From Balanoglossus misakiensis (taxonomy: Eukaryota; Animalia; Hemichordata), in assembly GCA_040954595.2 (NCBI GenBank), contig CM082592.2:6489531-6553530 (forward strand): 64,000 bases of DNA. The letters are read 5' to 3'. The position numbers and the translations under genes are program-made. The first letter of the stretch is position 1. Each line of letters opens with the position of its first letter. Shown here piece after piece: positions 33,314 to 48,700 of this stretch. Under the pieces are notes generated by a model. That model did not search any database and had not been told where the DNA came from. It saw only the letters and a list, made by a program, of their open reading frames with translations.

Positions 33314-36300
33314 CTTACTGTCAAGGAAAATTAAAAAAAAAAGTTCAAATATCTCTGTGTCACAAACCATATGTTTGTGATCTTGATGTTGACGTGGGGT
33401 TGCCCAGATGCTGAAATCAAATCTGACAAAAATATATTTGGCAATTTTCTCTTTTAGAATAGCCTGTTTATGACATTTTGCACATAAACTGCCATAAAAT
33501 GCCATCACCTTTCTCTGGTGAACCCATAAATTTAGAGTTTTCCAATATCAGGGATTACTGTTATTCTCAATAAGGTGACTTAAGGGAGCAGTTTGTGACC
33601 ATTTTTGTTATTTATTTGAACATATAATTCTTTAATATTGATGTTGAATATTAAGAAGGAATATGTCTTGAAAATTGGAACTTTAATCAGAAAAAGGGAA
33701 AGGTACTTAAGAGTACAGGCATTGCATGATGCAGTAATATGCAATATACAAGTAGCATGATGGGAATTATAAAATACAAAGTAAAATCACGCGTATTTGT
33801 CATAAACTTAAAATTAGAAAAATGTAGTTTCAAAGGATTATACTGCAGATGTTGGTGGTATATCAAAAAATCATTAATGTCTGCAGTGCTAATCTCAGGA
33901 GCGATTCTTTCAGTACAATAGTTGGATTCTGTGATATGATCATATCCAGCCACATTTCATCGCTCAGTGTTCTTTCGCAGCTTTCTAATCAGGCGGTGTC
34001 ATGGTAGCAATATTGTAATATCACCGTGGTTGTGTACTTTTTATTCTGCATTGTGCCTTGCCCTTACGTCTGAGCATTCGACTAGTTTAAAACATGTCAG
34101 TACTTTGAACTGGCGCAACTTTGTGCTGTACTGTTAATATGCAAGGCCGCTCATAGCATGATAACAATGCATTGGGCCGTGATGAAGACGCAGTCGCCAC
34201 GGAAATGAGGTATCAGGCTGGCGTGTCCATTTTCAAGTTCTCTTAAGATCAATCCCAATGGAAGTTTAAACGCCAGCAAATTCTAGACGAGAGATCTTTA
34301 AAGAGATCGTTTAGGAAAACAGGAACCGTGGATGCACAAATCATGCATGCCTATATGGCTTTAATGGGGGAACTGTGAGACTTAAAAGCTACGTCGTATA
34401 AACGCCATGTTCAATCGAACAAATTGAAGTCCGACAGTGATTCAACAACATAGCTGCCTACGTGTGGTTGACTCATTAGCTGTTACACAATAAGGAATCA
34501 TTTGGCTAGCCCTGGAATCTGTATGACAAAAAGAAGTGCCATTATTGTCAACAAAGTATTGGTACCAAATGGAAATGGGATGAGAGGGGCGCTGTCAGTG
34601 TCGTTAATGTTTTATTCACGGTTTCAGGCCAGAACAGTTGCGGTTATGAGTTACTCCATTGCTTGTAAGTGAACAAGGGTTGGGTGGCGTCAATTAGACC
34701 ATGGTCCCTACAGTCATTCTGTTCTGTTTTATCTGTGCAGCTCGGTAAAAGTAAATCGTGGATATTTATAGAAGTGATAAACCATGGGTGGGTTTGACGA
34801 GAGTTAGCCCGCTAATCTTGGCAAAAGAAACTGATAAACTCAGCCCTGCTGCTACGCACCACAGTTTAAGTGTGTCATGCAGATTCTGGGAGGTCACAGG
34901 TCAAAGTTCAAGTATTATTATCTAATCAGCTTAAAATAATGTGCAGTGACCTGTGTAGTAGGTACGATCTGTGCTGATGTAAGTGGGCGTGACTTGTGGC
35001 ATGAATAAACTTGTATCATAATGTGTACTTGATATGCACGTTCGTGTGCATATACATGTTATTTAAATTCACGTGAAAACCCTGGTTTTCCTAACCTTCC
35101 TTCTTCACGTCATTAGTGTTCCCATGTAATTGTCTTAGGAGGAAGCAATAAAGTTTAACAAGTCAGCAATTGAGCCAATAAAGTGAATTAGTTGGCAGGC
35201 ATCACCAGTCAAACTCTTCCAAATGATGATTGCAACGACTTGCGTCAACCCTGGCAAATCGCGAATGATGACATTTGGATTCCCCAATTGAAATCTCAAT
35301 TGAGATGAAACTGACAATCAAATTTCATCTTTTGTATACTCGTATATCCCTTCCTGTCCAAGTGGTTATATTTTGTTCCATCTGAAATTGTATTACAGGA
35401 AATTCACATTTTCTGTGCCGCTGTATATTTTTCTGTCTTACTCATTTTATTTGTAACCAGCCTTTGAATATCACAGCCCTTGCCGAACACATTTCCCAAT
35501 CAATCATTGTAAACAAAAGACCGATCTTTACTCCGGCAAGCAATAAATATCATTCTTTCTGATTTCGAAAGTATCAGTAGGTGATATATTGTCAACTACA
35601 GTACTCAGAGTGTGGCTGAGTTTTCTGTGCAATTGCAAGGCTTGTGTGTCAGTGTGGGACTTGCATCTGTCAAATATATAAATCTACGGGTAACGAGCTT
35701 TTACATGTCGGTAACAAATTAATTAAATTTAGGTCAAACATACAGAATCACAGCCCTCCTCTGTTATTTTTCCCTGTTAAATTATTCATGTGATCACTTG
35801 TCAATTTCAATAAAAATTTAAACAGAGTACTTATTTCGTTTTAATACATATTGATGATATTGCGCAATATTTCGCAATATTTCGCAATGACTTTATTCAT
35901 TTTGATATACACAAATACCGGTACATATTATCAAATTCAGACATTGATCATAATTATTTTTCTATCTTTTATTCATTTAATTTTCCAGAGCAGTGACTCT
36001 TATCAGTTTAAGATGCATGGAAATGTAATAGGCGATATCTGTGGTCTGATTAAATCTCAACTACTTTCATTTTGTCCAGCCCAGTAGTTGTTTGTATATT
36101 CCCGGTATGACAATCGAATCAGCCGTTTACTTCAATATGTGTATCTGGGCGAGCTGAAAGTTTTGCATACTGATTAAGTTGGTTGGAAAAACATCACCCA
36201 AAAAACAATTTGCAAGCCGGCACTTCAAGTCAGGAGGACGTGTCCTCCTTGCGTTCTGAAGTAATTTTCCCGGGGCAAGTTCAAGACATCAATTTTGTAT

Positions 36301-38726
36301 CGTTGAGCGAGATGGCAAAATCATAATTAGAATCTGACTGAACTTTGCCCGCACCGATTCCCTTGCTCCTGACAGTTTAGCGACTCCGCAAATGTAGCCT
36401 CAGTTACCGTGGATACTGAGGATTTGGCCGATTGGGCTCCTTGACTCCCTAGCATGCTGTCTCCTGGCAAAATAGAACATCTGGTCGGACGCATAACACA
36501 CAGATCAGATGACTCTAAGTGGGTTAATGTGTTGCCTCAATTGCCACTTGATTTTGTCAATTTTGCACTTTTCCACCGAGGAAAACGTGCCCTGACACAG
36601 CATGGTGTGTTTAACTTAATTTCAAAAACAGGAGAGTCCTTTTAATGTCTGCCAAACTCTATTGAGGAAGTCTACAACATTTACTCTGTGAGTCATTAGA
36701 CGGGATTTGAATTAGAAACTATTTTTGCTGTTCAGGATGCATGCCTACCACCGATGTTAATACATCTGAATTCATTCCACATTTGGAAATAATCTGCTAT
36801 GTAAGCAGCGATTATGAAAATGATTTATCCTACTTGATTATTTTAAACCTGTTTTGAATAGTAATATGATCTTCTGTGCATGTATTTCATTGTTTATGTC
36901 TTGCCTCTCACAAAGTTAACCTGACAAATTGCTTTATAAATGCTTGATTATTTGGATTCCATTTGAAATGATCTCCAAACACATTTAGTAGCTGCTATTT
37001 GAAACTTGAGGAGTTATTTTATTTTTATACGACACATCCCTGAGGGCAATTCCCACAAATATTCACTAAACTGTGAGTGAGTGTTTATTCACAGTAACAG
37101 TAGACAACAATCTGATCTATGTTGCACTTTAGTTGAAATGCTGGTTTCCTAGACTATGGTCAAACATAGCGTGTCGATTATTAGTTATTGTACGCTAACT
37201 TAAACCTTACATTTTGTGTCTGGCCTATGTTAATGCATTGTATACAAACAGAAAAGTTACAGATCTTGTTCCTGAAAATGGCCGAAAATGGCCAATTTTA
37301 TATCACAAACAGCCACTTCCAAAGAGCTTTTTTCACAGAGTGAAAATTTAGAAAGCTTTCATTTTCATTAAGACATCCCTCTGAGATAAATTCTAAATCA
37401 GATTTTATACCCGGTGTGAGGGCTTTTCTACTGATGTGCAATAACTCAGGCTATTTTATATTCATAAAAATGACCTTCTATGCAGATGCCGCCATGTTGA
37501 ATAGACCATGAAGGTACTCCCTGTGGTGCGAACAAAAAGAACATTGACTGCTAGCATTCACTGGGACATACAGTATTTCCCTCCTGAAAGATTTTTCAGT
37601 GCCAAAGAGAACACCCCACTGGTTTGAGTGAAAAATGCATTTTATGGCAGACGAGCTTCATTCACGAGATACAGCTGGAGTTTGCAAATTGAAGAGACGC
37701 TAGGATGTCATCATCCATTTATAGGCTGGCTAAATTAAGGGATAATTCTAGCAGTTATGGTTTACAATAATTTCAGGGTAATTTCTCTCGTCGAATTTGC
37801 TTGCAAGGTTTGCAGAAAACGACAAGCTGTGTGTGTGTGTGATGGTGCCACTTTCAGACTTGGTTTTAATTCCTCTATCAAATTTGTGCAAAGCTGACAG
37901 AGGAAAAAAATGTAATTTCACCAAACCCTACGTTCGTGTGAAACATGAAATAACATAAATCATATAATTTGGCACGCATGCCAAATTTATCAAGGTCAAA
38001 TGTTTAAACATCATGGTCAGATGCAAACTACAGCTGCATTCAGCGAAACTTGACGATGTTGACACTAGGTAACTGACGTAAAAGTACTGTCAGATACAAC
38101 AGTGCTTGCAGATCAGTGAAGTCCATTAACACTGGTTGTGTGCACTTGCCCTTGGATGAGAAATAAATCACTCTCAACACATGTCTGCAGCTGAGTTTGA
38201 AATATGTCTTCACCATGGACTCAGTCGGTAATTATTCCACTGCTGTTCTGTGAACAGAACGACAACTGTATTACTAATATTTACAAAGAGTATATGCACT
38301 ATAATCTGTGCAGGGATGTATGAATTTCCTGGTTTACAGTGTTGCTGTGTTTGAATCAATTGCGTGTTTTGGAGGTACATTTATAGCTTTCTGTGGCTAT
38401 ATATTTATTATCCTATCATCAGTCGAGCAAAGAAATTGGCACATGTGTTGCCCAACTGCTGTCAAACTTCTGCTGTGCTCCTTCTAGACAATTAAAAAAT
38501 ATGACCAATAAAGTTTTCTCCTAACACCTATTAAATGTCCTTCAATCCCATGTTTGTTTTACTTCCTGATGGATTATTTAGCTTTGGGCCATGAATATAT
38601 TATCATTTTATTCCACTGCATTGCCAAAAGATGACATATTGTGCTATAAAGAAATTGTTAATATTATGAGTCTGAGAATTTGGTTTTTGGAAATAAAATT
38701 TGTACAGCATGGTTACTGATATAATT

Positions 38727-39884
38727 TTATTACGGGCCCAAGCCAAGCCAGGCTTGGGCCCGTATTGGTTTCGTTGGGGTTTTTCTTTCTTTCTTTATTC
38801 TTGGTTCATTTCTTTCGCGCTCTAGATCTCAGACACCGCTGCAGGTACAGTTCTCAAACTTGCTACAGTGGTCAAGGTCAATGAGTAGATGTGCAGTGAC
38901 TTGTGAATACTTAATTAGTCACGTGACATGGCGGCCATATTGGATTTTCTGAAAAAATGCAAATCTCAGATCTCAGAAACTACAAGTCAGATCGACTTCA
39001 GATTTGGCGTGCTGGTAGTATACCCTCTGCCCATCATTTTTGTAATTGGATATTTTGCTGTCAATGTTGCAGTTTTTTTGCTACAGTTGTTTTTCTGAAA
39101 TCTGGTCAAAATTTCAAAAATCTTCTTCTCCAGAACCGGCGATAACCGAGTCACGCCGTTTGGGTTATGTGGTCACCTAACTGATGTCTATCAAGTTTGC
39201 GAAGATCATTGTGATTGGTCAAAGATTATGGCGGCCATATTGAATTTTCGAAAAACCATAGTGAAACTTCAAAAATCTTCTCCTCCAGAACGGGCGATAA
39301 CCGAGTCACAAGATTTGGTGTGTGTGGTCATTAAATGGATGTCTATCAAGTTTGCGAAGGGGAATGTGATTGGTTGAAGATTATGGCGGCCATATTGGAT
39401 TTTGTGAAAAACGATTAAAAAGTAAAAATTCCTTTTCTAGCCTAAAAATTGATAGCACAGAAATTCTTTTTATGGATATGAATCATCATATGACAAGAAT
39501 AAGCTATAAATATTTTTGTAATTTTGCAATGACCTTTGACCTACTTTTGACGAATCATTTTTCTGCATATCTAATTCCAGGCTAACCAATAGGGCTATAA
39601 GTTTGGTTTTTGATGTATGTGGATTTGTATGTGATCAAAACATTTTGCTACTTTTCATGACCCCTTTGACCTCTGGTGACCTCATTAAATATGCGCATAC
39701 CTAATTAATGATGAACCAATAGACCTAGAGGTTTTGTTTTTGTTATACATGGACCAGTATGGGGTCAAAATATTTTGCCCAAATGTTGGGTGACCTCGGG
39801 TGACCTTTGACCTACTTAACACTATATTAGCATCAGATCAGATAATAGAGCTTGGGCCCGGACAATGCTGCTTGCAGCTTTAAT
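38727..39884 (+). mobile_element. Non-autonomous Helentron-associated (HINE/DINE-1-like) element
   Basis: 5' hairpin CGGGCCCAAGC..GCTTGGGCCCG, then a TCTT tract, internal tandem subrepeats (about 39120-39410), 3' sub-terminal repeat GCTTGGGCCCG and terminal hairpin GCTGCTTGCAGC; T-rich flanks, no clear target duplication. Confidence 0.7.
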
Positions 39885-42184
39885 TTAATTTTAAAATTAT
39901 GACTTGGATAACTGTGTTTAAACAAACATTTATTCATATGGGGCTTTTTGACGAGAGATTTTGCTTAAACGTTCAACTGGGATTTATGTCAGAACCTATT
40001 CCATCATCGTAACAGTTTAATACCCGTGAATATCACCCCTCCTTATCTGCACACATCTTGATGATTTGTGTAGATATTAAAAGTCATAATTTAATGTTTA
40101 TGGTGAACATTTTTATAAGAGTGGCCCCTTTCATGTTTGTTTATCATCACGAGGGTAGAAGATAATTAAAAAGTAGACTTTTAAAGGCAGTTTTTTTAAT
40201 GCAGTTAAACTTTATTGGTCAGTATGTGGGAAATAACGGTAGAATAATATGAGTGGTTTACATTTAGGCCTTTATAAAACTAGTGCTAGTGCTAGTGTTA
40301 GCATTATTACCCACAGTACGATAGTAGTATATCACCCATGAGGTAATTTGGCAGATGTCTTGAAATAACAAGGCAGATATAAATTAATAAGAAAGAACTC
40401 ATATCGTGATAGACATGTTTTTCAGTTTCTATCCTCCCAGGCCGCATTGACATGCTGACCTTGTCTGCGACTCCCTGTATATGTTTATTTGTTAAGTTAA
40501 TCCTCGCCTCGATTAATCTTCATTTCATTTGTCTTTCCAGGGTGAGGATGTCCCGACTTAATACCAACGCTAACAAGACATAAAGACAAGTCTGCGAACA
40601 ACTGACGGTCGCACCTCTCCCCGTCATTTACATCTTCTGTTTTCAACTGCTAGTAATAAACTACAACTCTACAAGTACTATAATCAGCAATGACAATTCC
40701 CGCCGAAAACAGACATGGTGTGGATTCATCTTTCACAGATCATTTTAGTAAAAAAAAATGTTACATTTATTCAATGAGAGAATAGTGGGAAAGGGTTTTA
40801 GGATATTAAATTTTTAACGTAAAATTTTCATCAAACAAAAATGTCTGATGGATATAAAAGATATTTTATTATAAGACTCGCAAAATGAATTGCGACATAC
40901 AGTATCGTTCTTGTAAACCCGTGACAAGAAAGGTCCATTAAAAACTTTCTTTTGGGCATGAGCTGAAGGCCTGTTTGGCCTATTGAGGATAAATAGTGCA
41001 ATGCACACTTGCTCTGAAGTGATAGATAAGTGTTGGAAAATTACAATTACTTTGAGATGGATAGCCGTGTCTTTTTGTCAACGGCATGAGACAATTACCG
41101 AACAGTGTAAATTTCCGAACGCAGATATGCCCCTAAGTGGCGTATTCCACGCACACAGACTAAAGTAAAGCGATGCAGGGATTAAATACACACAGGATGA
41201 TGCATTACCGGCGCATGTGTGTTCCAAATTTGGCAGTGGATCAGCTACATGGGCTGCGGCGATCTGCTCGTGTTGCGCGAGGCGGCCAAGAGTGTTCAGA
41301 ACGCTTGAAAAATGATGTAATTGCCCTATAAATCATAAAGTGAGTTCGCATCCAAGACGGGCGTGATCAATCTTACTGGTTTGTTATCTCAGAGAGAACT
41401 AAGATTGAGAGGCAGTCGAGCCAGGGTTGGATTTTGTTTTAACATGATTTACAGATTTTCACATTGTTTTCTCTGTTTATCAACACCTTTGATGCATTTC
41501 ACGTGGGCACTCCTCACCCAGATGGGTGCAATCGTGTCCCAATTAACGGCCACAGTTTATCCAATGTGATAAAAAGTGTTTGTGTGTGTGTGTGGGAGGG
41601 GGGAGGGACAAAGTAGGCCGGAAAAGTCACAGAGAAACATTGTGGATTCTTATCTGGAGTCTTTCAACATTTCAGGTGATAAATCTTGGAATCCGACACT
41701 TAATGACAATTTATATGCAGCTGGCCTCCCTCAGAGTTGATTCTAGTAGAAATTATGGGGGTTGAGTTTGGAGTTTCTCTCTGAGATTGGAGTGATCGCT
41801 GAGGGCTTCAGTTGGCCAGGTTAAGCCTCCTTTATTTAGTGTAAGTAATTCTACGGCAGCGGTGTGTGGTGCAGAGCAGGTCACGAAATCGTTTTCAAAA
41901 ACAAGATTCCATTAGTGCCGCATGAGGGGACCTTATTGAATTCATGAAAGTCAAAACATATTGAATTCATGCAAGTCAAATCAGTCATGACCTATATTGT
42001 ACACACAAAAATGATAGTCAGGGTATATGCAGTACAGGGTTCCGTCATACAGATTGTTGGGGATTCATAGATTTCAGGTGACTGCAATAAAAAATATCCG
42101 AATTCTCTGTATCAGGATAAATTTTACACACATTGTGCTAATGTAAATTTTTTAATGAATGAAAACAGTCAAATTTAGAGTTAA

Positions 42185-42787
42185 AGCCACAGTATTTCTC
42201 GTAGGGGCAAAATTTTGTTTGAAACGGCATCTATAATTTCTAAAAGTAGATGATAATTGATACTGAATCGAACAGTCATCATCCCCAGCTCTGCTGATAA
42301 ACTCATACAATTTACAATATAACGAGTGAAGAATGACTTTCTGTCCGGACAGAAAGTCACGTGAGTCAGGCTAATGTTGACACACGTGACTAGTGCGCAT
42401 GCGCACTCAAATGTGAATCTATGCGGAAGAGGTTTGGTCGCCCCAAATCAAGCGACTCAGCGAAGAAATGCGCACTAATTCGGCGAAATTTTGGGAAGAT
42501 AACTTTATGGGAGAAATCAGTCGATGGAACCAGATCAAATCCGAAAATGGTCTGACCATCAAAATGTCAAAGTGGCACGTTTGCTGATCGACATGTACAA
42601 CATTTCCGTTGTAAACAAACCCGCGCATCATTTCAAGTGTTACGGGCAATATTTTCGGCTTGCATGTAGCTACAATTGCCCTAACCTTTCTTACATCTTC
42701 ATTATATAGTATTCCATGATGGATGTACTGGAAAAACGGGCTTTTTTCGATGATGAAAAATGGATGCACACGAGAAATACTGGGGCT
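42185..42787. mobile_element. MITE with TTAA target duplication (Kolobok-like)
   Basis: TTAA|AGCCACAGTATTTCTCGT ... ACGAGAAATACTGGGGCT|TTAA; 18-bp TIR with one mismatch. Confidence 0.8.
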
Positions 42788-45700
42788 TTAACTTATATGT
42801 TAAGTTTACTGTTATATTGGTTTCTGTAGTGTAATGTTTCAGCACACGTTTTTTTATTGTTTCATGTGTATACCATAAGAACAAGAAGCTGTAGTTTTGC
42901 ACACCCAAAGATAACGTGCAGTGATCATCATTGAAGTTCCAGCTGCAGAACCTTTGACCTTTTCAACTGAAATGCATTTTGTTGAGCGTTGTTTTAGACG
43001 CAGGGGTATATCGTGAAATAGGTAACGCACCTTTAGTGTGAAAACAATTTTTAAAAACCTTGATATGACACCGTGTACTTTTGACATTTATCATGGTTGC
43101 CTTTGTCAAGTACATGATGAATAGCACGGAAAGTTTTCATGTTTCTGTGGAAACGGAAGTCGTGCATTTCACTTAAACAGCAAAGCCATATTGATGAATG
43201 TCTGTAATACATACAGGAAACCTAAATAATCCGGTTAGAAAATCAAGATGGCACTGATATGGTTTTTGAATAGGTTATATGGTGGGCACAAACTTGCCGA
43301 AGGAAGGGAACGGAATTTAAAGCTGATGTTCTATTCTGTATTTTTAAGAGACATTTTAACAGCATGGACACATTCAGTCGGTCCATGGATCATGAATTTG
43401 CAGGAAGCTAGTCGATGGACAGATAGACAGGAGTTCAGTTTGACTTTGGACTTATGACATGCAGATCGAAGCATCATTTACACTTAGTATAGACATCAAT
43501 ACATTCCACTCACCACACAAGTAGTGATTCACATACCTTGACAAAAATCGTCAGGGATATAAAACATAAAATACAGATTAACTCACAGCTGCAAGGATCT
43601 TGTCATTTTCCTCAGAGGGTAAAGGTAAAAAATCATGTGTATTTTATAAATTGCAGTTCACACTACAGGGAATTTCAAGAAACATTTTCTATCTGTGGCA
43701 GTGGATTTTAATGCATTGACGAGTATTTTTCACTTGTCGGCAGCAACATCAAAAACCGTAATAATTTTGCTGGCTGCCTTTAAAAAATCTTCGGGTGTTG
43801 TTGATTTATGGGTGTGTGACACTATACTGTCGTGATAATAACAATTGTTTCGGAATCCACGGTAATTTAGTCATCAGGGGCTATTAAATTGTGATATATG
43901 TCACTACTTGTGGTCTGAAATATTAAAAATGTCTCGATTTATAGCAAGCAATAACACTACAGGGAAGCGCTGCAGGCTCATATATACAGCATGGTGTGTG
44001 TGATGAAATTTTTCCCTGCGGAGAGACCGAGTACCAATATAATACAACACCAGTGTGGTGTATGTGCGAGTCGTGGTCTTTCACTTGGTCTTGACCTTGG
44101 ATAAGAGTTGGTACGTTTCTTTCAAATAGGCCACTTTTCATGACCTCTACATGACCCTACATCCTCGTACTTCCGTTGGTATGAATCCATCAGTTTTATT
44201 TTTAAAAACACTCTACAAAATTGCAGCTCTTGTCAGTGCAGTACGTGCTGAGAATTTCAAACGATATTTCTTGTACCAAAATGTTGAATTTGGACAACCC
44301 TTTACCACCGGAAGTACAGGGATGTGAGGTCAGAGGGTCGGTGTGGTTGTTAGATGTTTCCTCCTCATCACTCCCATCAGTACTTGACACGCGTGACTCC
44401 CTGTTTACTTGGTATATTGATAGGTGCACTCTTGCTGTCCAAAAGTAAATAAGGAAATTATATTCTTAAAGTGTCTTGTAACATTTTTTTAGAATCTGAA
44501 GTGTTAAATGTTGTTTCAATAGAAGTATTTTAACCATTTGGTTCTTGTGAATTTGTCTTATTTGGGGGTTCAGACTGGACAGTTTACGACCGAAGTGGGG
44601 CTAGGTCGTATAAGGCTTCATATAAAGAATTGTAATATTCCTAGTTTTTACTTGCGATGCTAGTCCATGGTAACCATGGCAGTGCAATTGCCAACTTACG
44701 GATGCTGTCAGATAAATCGGCAAAACTCTGCCCTCAGGCAGTCAATTCAGATGGAACATTAAACGTTTGCAAATGTTCCCCTCTAACAAAGGAGATTTAA
44801 TTGATAATTTTAGATAACACTTTCAAGGAAAATATATATCATTAAACTTTCAACGAAAACCAGGTAAACATATGTCTCTCTGTGGCAGTCAAGCAAACTT
44901 TTTAATACTTCGTATTGTTCCCTCGAGAACAAAATGCATGAAACCTTAGCGATTAAAACGCAGCTCTATAAATTATATGCATTGGCTTCAAAGCCTCGAG
45001 GTTTTGAAAGTTTTGTATATGTAGATGTTCTAGTTCTGGGAATACCACCATGAGCGTTTAGATCTTTTACGGTTCGTGATTTTTTTTTCTTAAAACAAAT
45101 CCTTGACTACAGACCAAACAGTATCTAACCATAAAATACGGAAAAGATAAAGATGGCCCCAGTATTTTTAATAACCATATTGCCCCTTTGTGTATTGACA
45201 TCGCGCCGTGTGTCGGCACGTCTGTATGTATTGCTTTCTATATAGAAAATTCTCCGGGGATGTAAAACTAGCCAAGCATAATTAAGATAGAATACGAATT
45301 TTGATTATGAAGACTTTATTAGTTTCGGTTCACTCGTCGATGGAAACAGATTGTGTAACAAATATTAGCAGCGAATATCACTTGTGGAGAATTGATTTTT
45401 AAACAGTATGGCAGTTTTTATTGTTGGGAAGAAATACTGATTGTATGATGTACTTATCAGATTCGCACAATATTTATTGTCAGTATCTGATGATGTCGTA
45501 GTTGAATTTTTAGATTGGAATTAGAATGGGGTTTTAAATATTCGTATTTTCCATTTTATAGACAATCTCGATGGGCTAAGCTAAGGCTTACATAATAATT
45601 AGATGGCACCGGAACAATATATGTCATTTGCATAGGATCTAACGAAATTACAAAGTAAATTTAATTATTTTTCTTGCGTGTGGGTGTAGGATTAAAATGT

Positions 45701-48700
45701 TTGCAATAATTAATAGGCCTACCAGTAGCATGTGCACCAGTGAACAACAGAATCGACCAGTGCCCTGTTTCATCGTATAATCTCACAACTTCATCAAAAA
45801 TTATTCTCTTACCGTTATGTGAATATCAACCAATAAACCATTGACATTTGGCTTTTTCTCCATGATGTAGATTTCGTCTAAAATCAAAGAAGCGGCAGAT
45901 GGTGCAGCTTTTTAATGGCAAAGTGCGGTTGTAATTCACGTGCCGCCGGACAATGGCAAAAATAATACTTAATGATGCACCAGTCTGAGAGTGTTTCGGG
46001 CTTTCTAAACTATACATTGATTATAGGTTTGCTTGGTTCAACGCTCAACTTCGAATAATTCGTTTGGAAGCTACTGTTCCATGTCAACTGTGATTCAAAT
46101 GTAAACATGGGGCTGGGATACACTTCAGTTGTTCAGCCACGGGGGTTGTGGGCTAGTTGATTATTCTTCTTCCTTTTAATGTCACTGATTCCTTCCAGCA
46201 GAAAAAAATGATAGTATTCGTTGGTAACTCATCACAAATTAGGAACGTGGACAGTGCCCCTGAGATATATTACATAAAAGAGCACAGGACATTTTGTAGT
46301 GATTAATATTAAGGGACAGTTGTGCCTTGCTGCAGCGACCGAATGGCACCATGGAAAATGTCTGTGTGTTTGGGCAAGTTACCTCCCGTTCCCTTTGCTG
46401 ATACAAGTTGTGTTTCTGCCATAAGTTCATCATGAGTTCGTCGTTTATGTGAATTCACGAAGTCTCGCGTGATAATCCATCCAGTTCACGCACAAAAAAA
46501 CATGAAATCTATAAAATTTTATTTACGTGTCACTCCCCAGCATACCATCTCGAGAATAAAATTTCAATACAGTATAAAGGCCCGATTTTAATACTCGCTT
46601 CACAGCGAAGACATTCGCCGGACATTCCACGAGCAGGCAACAATCTCATTGATGTCACCTGAGAAATTTGGTGAATGTCACGTCGTTGACCTTCAACAGT
46701 ATCCTCCGTCCTTGAAGTTTGATTTACAAATAAGGACGTCGACCTTCCCCTTGCACTTTGTGCATGCATATCACACCTTCGTTTGATTGATGGTTGGAAA
46801 ACCGAGCTCACACCTACCAGCTAATGATCATTAAAGAATTTGTCAACCAATCATTGATCACCACAAACATGCTGCTTTACACGCACGCAAACATGTATAC
46901 GTGAGGCAACGGGCGTTTGCACTCTCTGTGACACAAAACAATAAGCTTATTGCAGATGTCATAAGACAAGGTGGCAACCATAAGCCTGTCTTTGAATTCC
47001 CGGCTGGACGAATTCTAGAATTGGGACTTACAGATTTGGTTTAATCAACGTCCCTCTAGTACAGGGACTGCGGTTTAATCTGTCCATATACGCACGTGCA
47101 TCCCACGCTTACTGTATGTTGTCGACTGTCTGACATTCGAGTTTTCTTTCAAGTTCAAACATACACATCATTCTTTTTGTAATCGGCCATGAAGTGGCTA
47201 CCCAGCGTCAGTGTTATTCAAACACAAAACAGTGTGATTTGCACACACAGAACGGATTCATTATTTTGCCATGCGATCCAGTATAGCCGCCATTCAGTCA
47301 CCTACGAATTTTGTTAGTTGTACGGCCACAGCGTTTTACTTCTCAGTCACCCGAGAAAAATTCTAATAGTGTGTTCCACTTTTACAAACTCTCTAATGGT
47401 TTTACCTGAGGCCTTGTGTACCTATTTTAACGGCGGAAGAGACAGTCGGTCGACCCCATGTGGCCTTTTGACTCCGCGGGGCACCACATCACACCGGAGA
47501 ATGATTCGACTGTTTGGCGATTGGGTTTGCCATCTTATTAACCAGTTGAGCTGTCTGAATGCCATCGAGCTTCCTAACGTTGACAGCTACTTGTATATGC
47601 CCGCAAACAAGTCACGCCATGTGTACTGTCGTCGCTATATAATTGTTTTTGCATCTTGCATGGATACCAAAAAAAAACCCACGCGATCTTCGGAGATATT
47701 AGCCATTTCATGCTCTCCAGATAAACTGCCTAGCTACGCGAGATCTCGCGGGGTCTCGTGGAGTTCCGACTATGGTCTATTGGACGTGTTCGTGTTGGCA
47801 CTGCGGCTTCCGGGCTGCTCGGAGACATTGGTGTGCAGCAGAGAAGCAGACCAACCACGGACTGTGAGAAAATCTTCATCAACTGTGACTTTCCAGCAGA
47901 ATGGCTATTTTTGGAGAAGCTCGAATGATATTGTTTAGACTTTGAAAACAGTTGCATTTAAAAATAAGATGCTTGGATTTCAAATATGATACACTGTGGT
48001 TGCTTTCAATTCCATCCATGTCCCCTCTTATCTTCAGGCTATTTTTTCTGTCGAAAACCACGCCAGCTAATGATAGATACCTTGAGTAATGACTGGTATA
48101 ATGTCTGATTCACGCGGAATGCTGCATTCCGCCATGAAACTACGAAAGGCAATACGAATCTGGCCGGAAGCCCTTGTTTCTAGCTGGACATCGATCGATG
48201 GAACCATCGCAATTTTTGCAATCCCAGAAATCCATTTGTAACGATCCAAGGCTTGACTTTATCCACCGTCTCGTTTCAGCAAAAACACTTCATCCCTGGC
48301 GTTCTCGACTTCGTGGCTTGATAAGCGCTCGGGCTCACTTGGGTTGCCCGTCATGTCGCAGACGGCATCTGTATTCCCGCCACCGAACGCCGATCAATGA
48401 GAGATGACTTCAGCGCGAGAGAGAATTTAGCCAAGAAAAGCTTACAATTACTGGGGTAAACCAGTTATATCAGATCTGAGTTGGCCTTTTATCTGGGACT
48501 TTCCCGTCCTACGCGATAGGACTTGATTTATCAACCCAGTGCTGAGTGTCCCCAAACAGTCAAAGTGCTCCTTCATGGAGTCTCATGCACTGCCATGAAT
48601 GATAGGAGATTTCTCAGTGCTGAAGAACGCCAGTAAAAAATAATGAATATATGACGCGTAAGCTCGACCTTTTTCTTGCCCTCTTTCCATTTAGCGTTTT

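Noticed and set aside
37151-37510. Possible degenerate MITE (ATGGTC...GACCAT)
   Set aside because: Termini too degenerate and no clear target duplication.
39120-39410. CRISPR-like spaced repeats
   Set aside because: Eukaryotic context; these are internal subrepeats of a non-autonomous transposon, with no cas genes or regular spacers.
40541-40583. Possible alternative last exon of MAPKAPK5 after a good acceptor (TCTTTCCAG)
   Set aside because: In the required phase it gives an immediate stop, and it has no homology support.
47318-47938. 206-aa ORF
   Set aside because: No recognisable domain, non-ATG start and atypical composition; likely chance.
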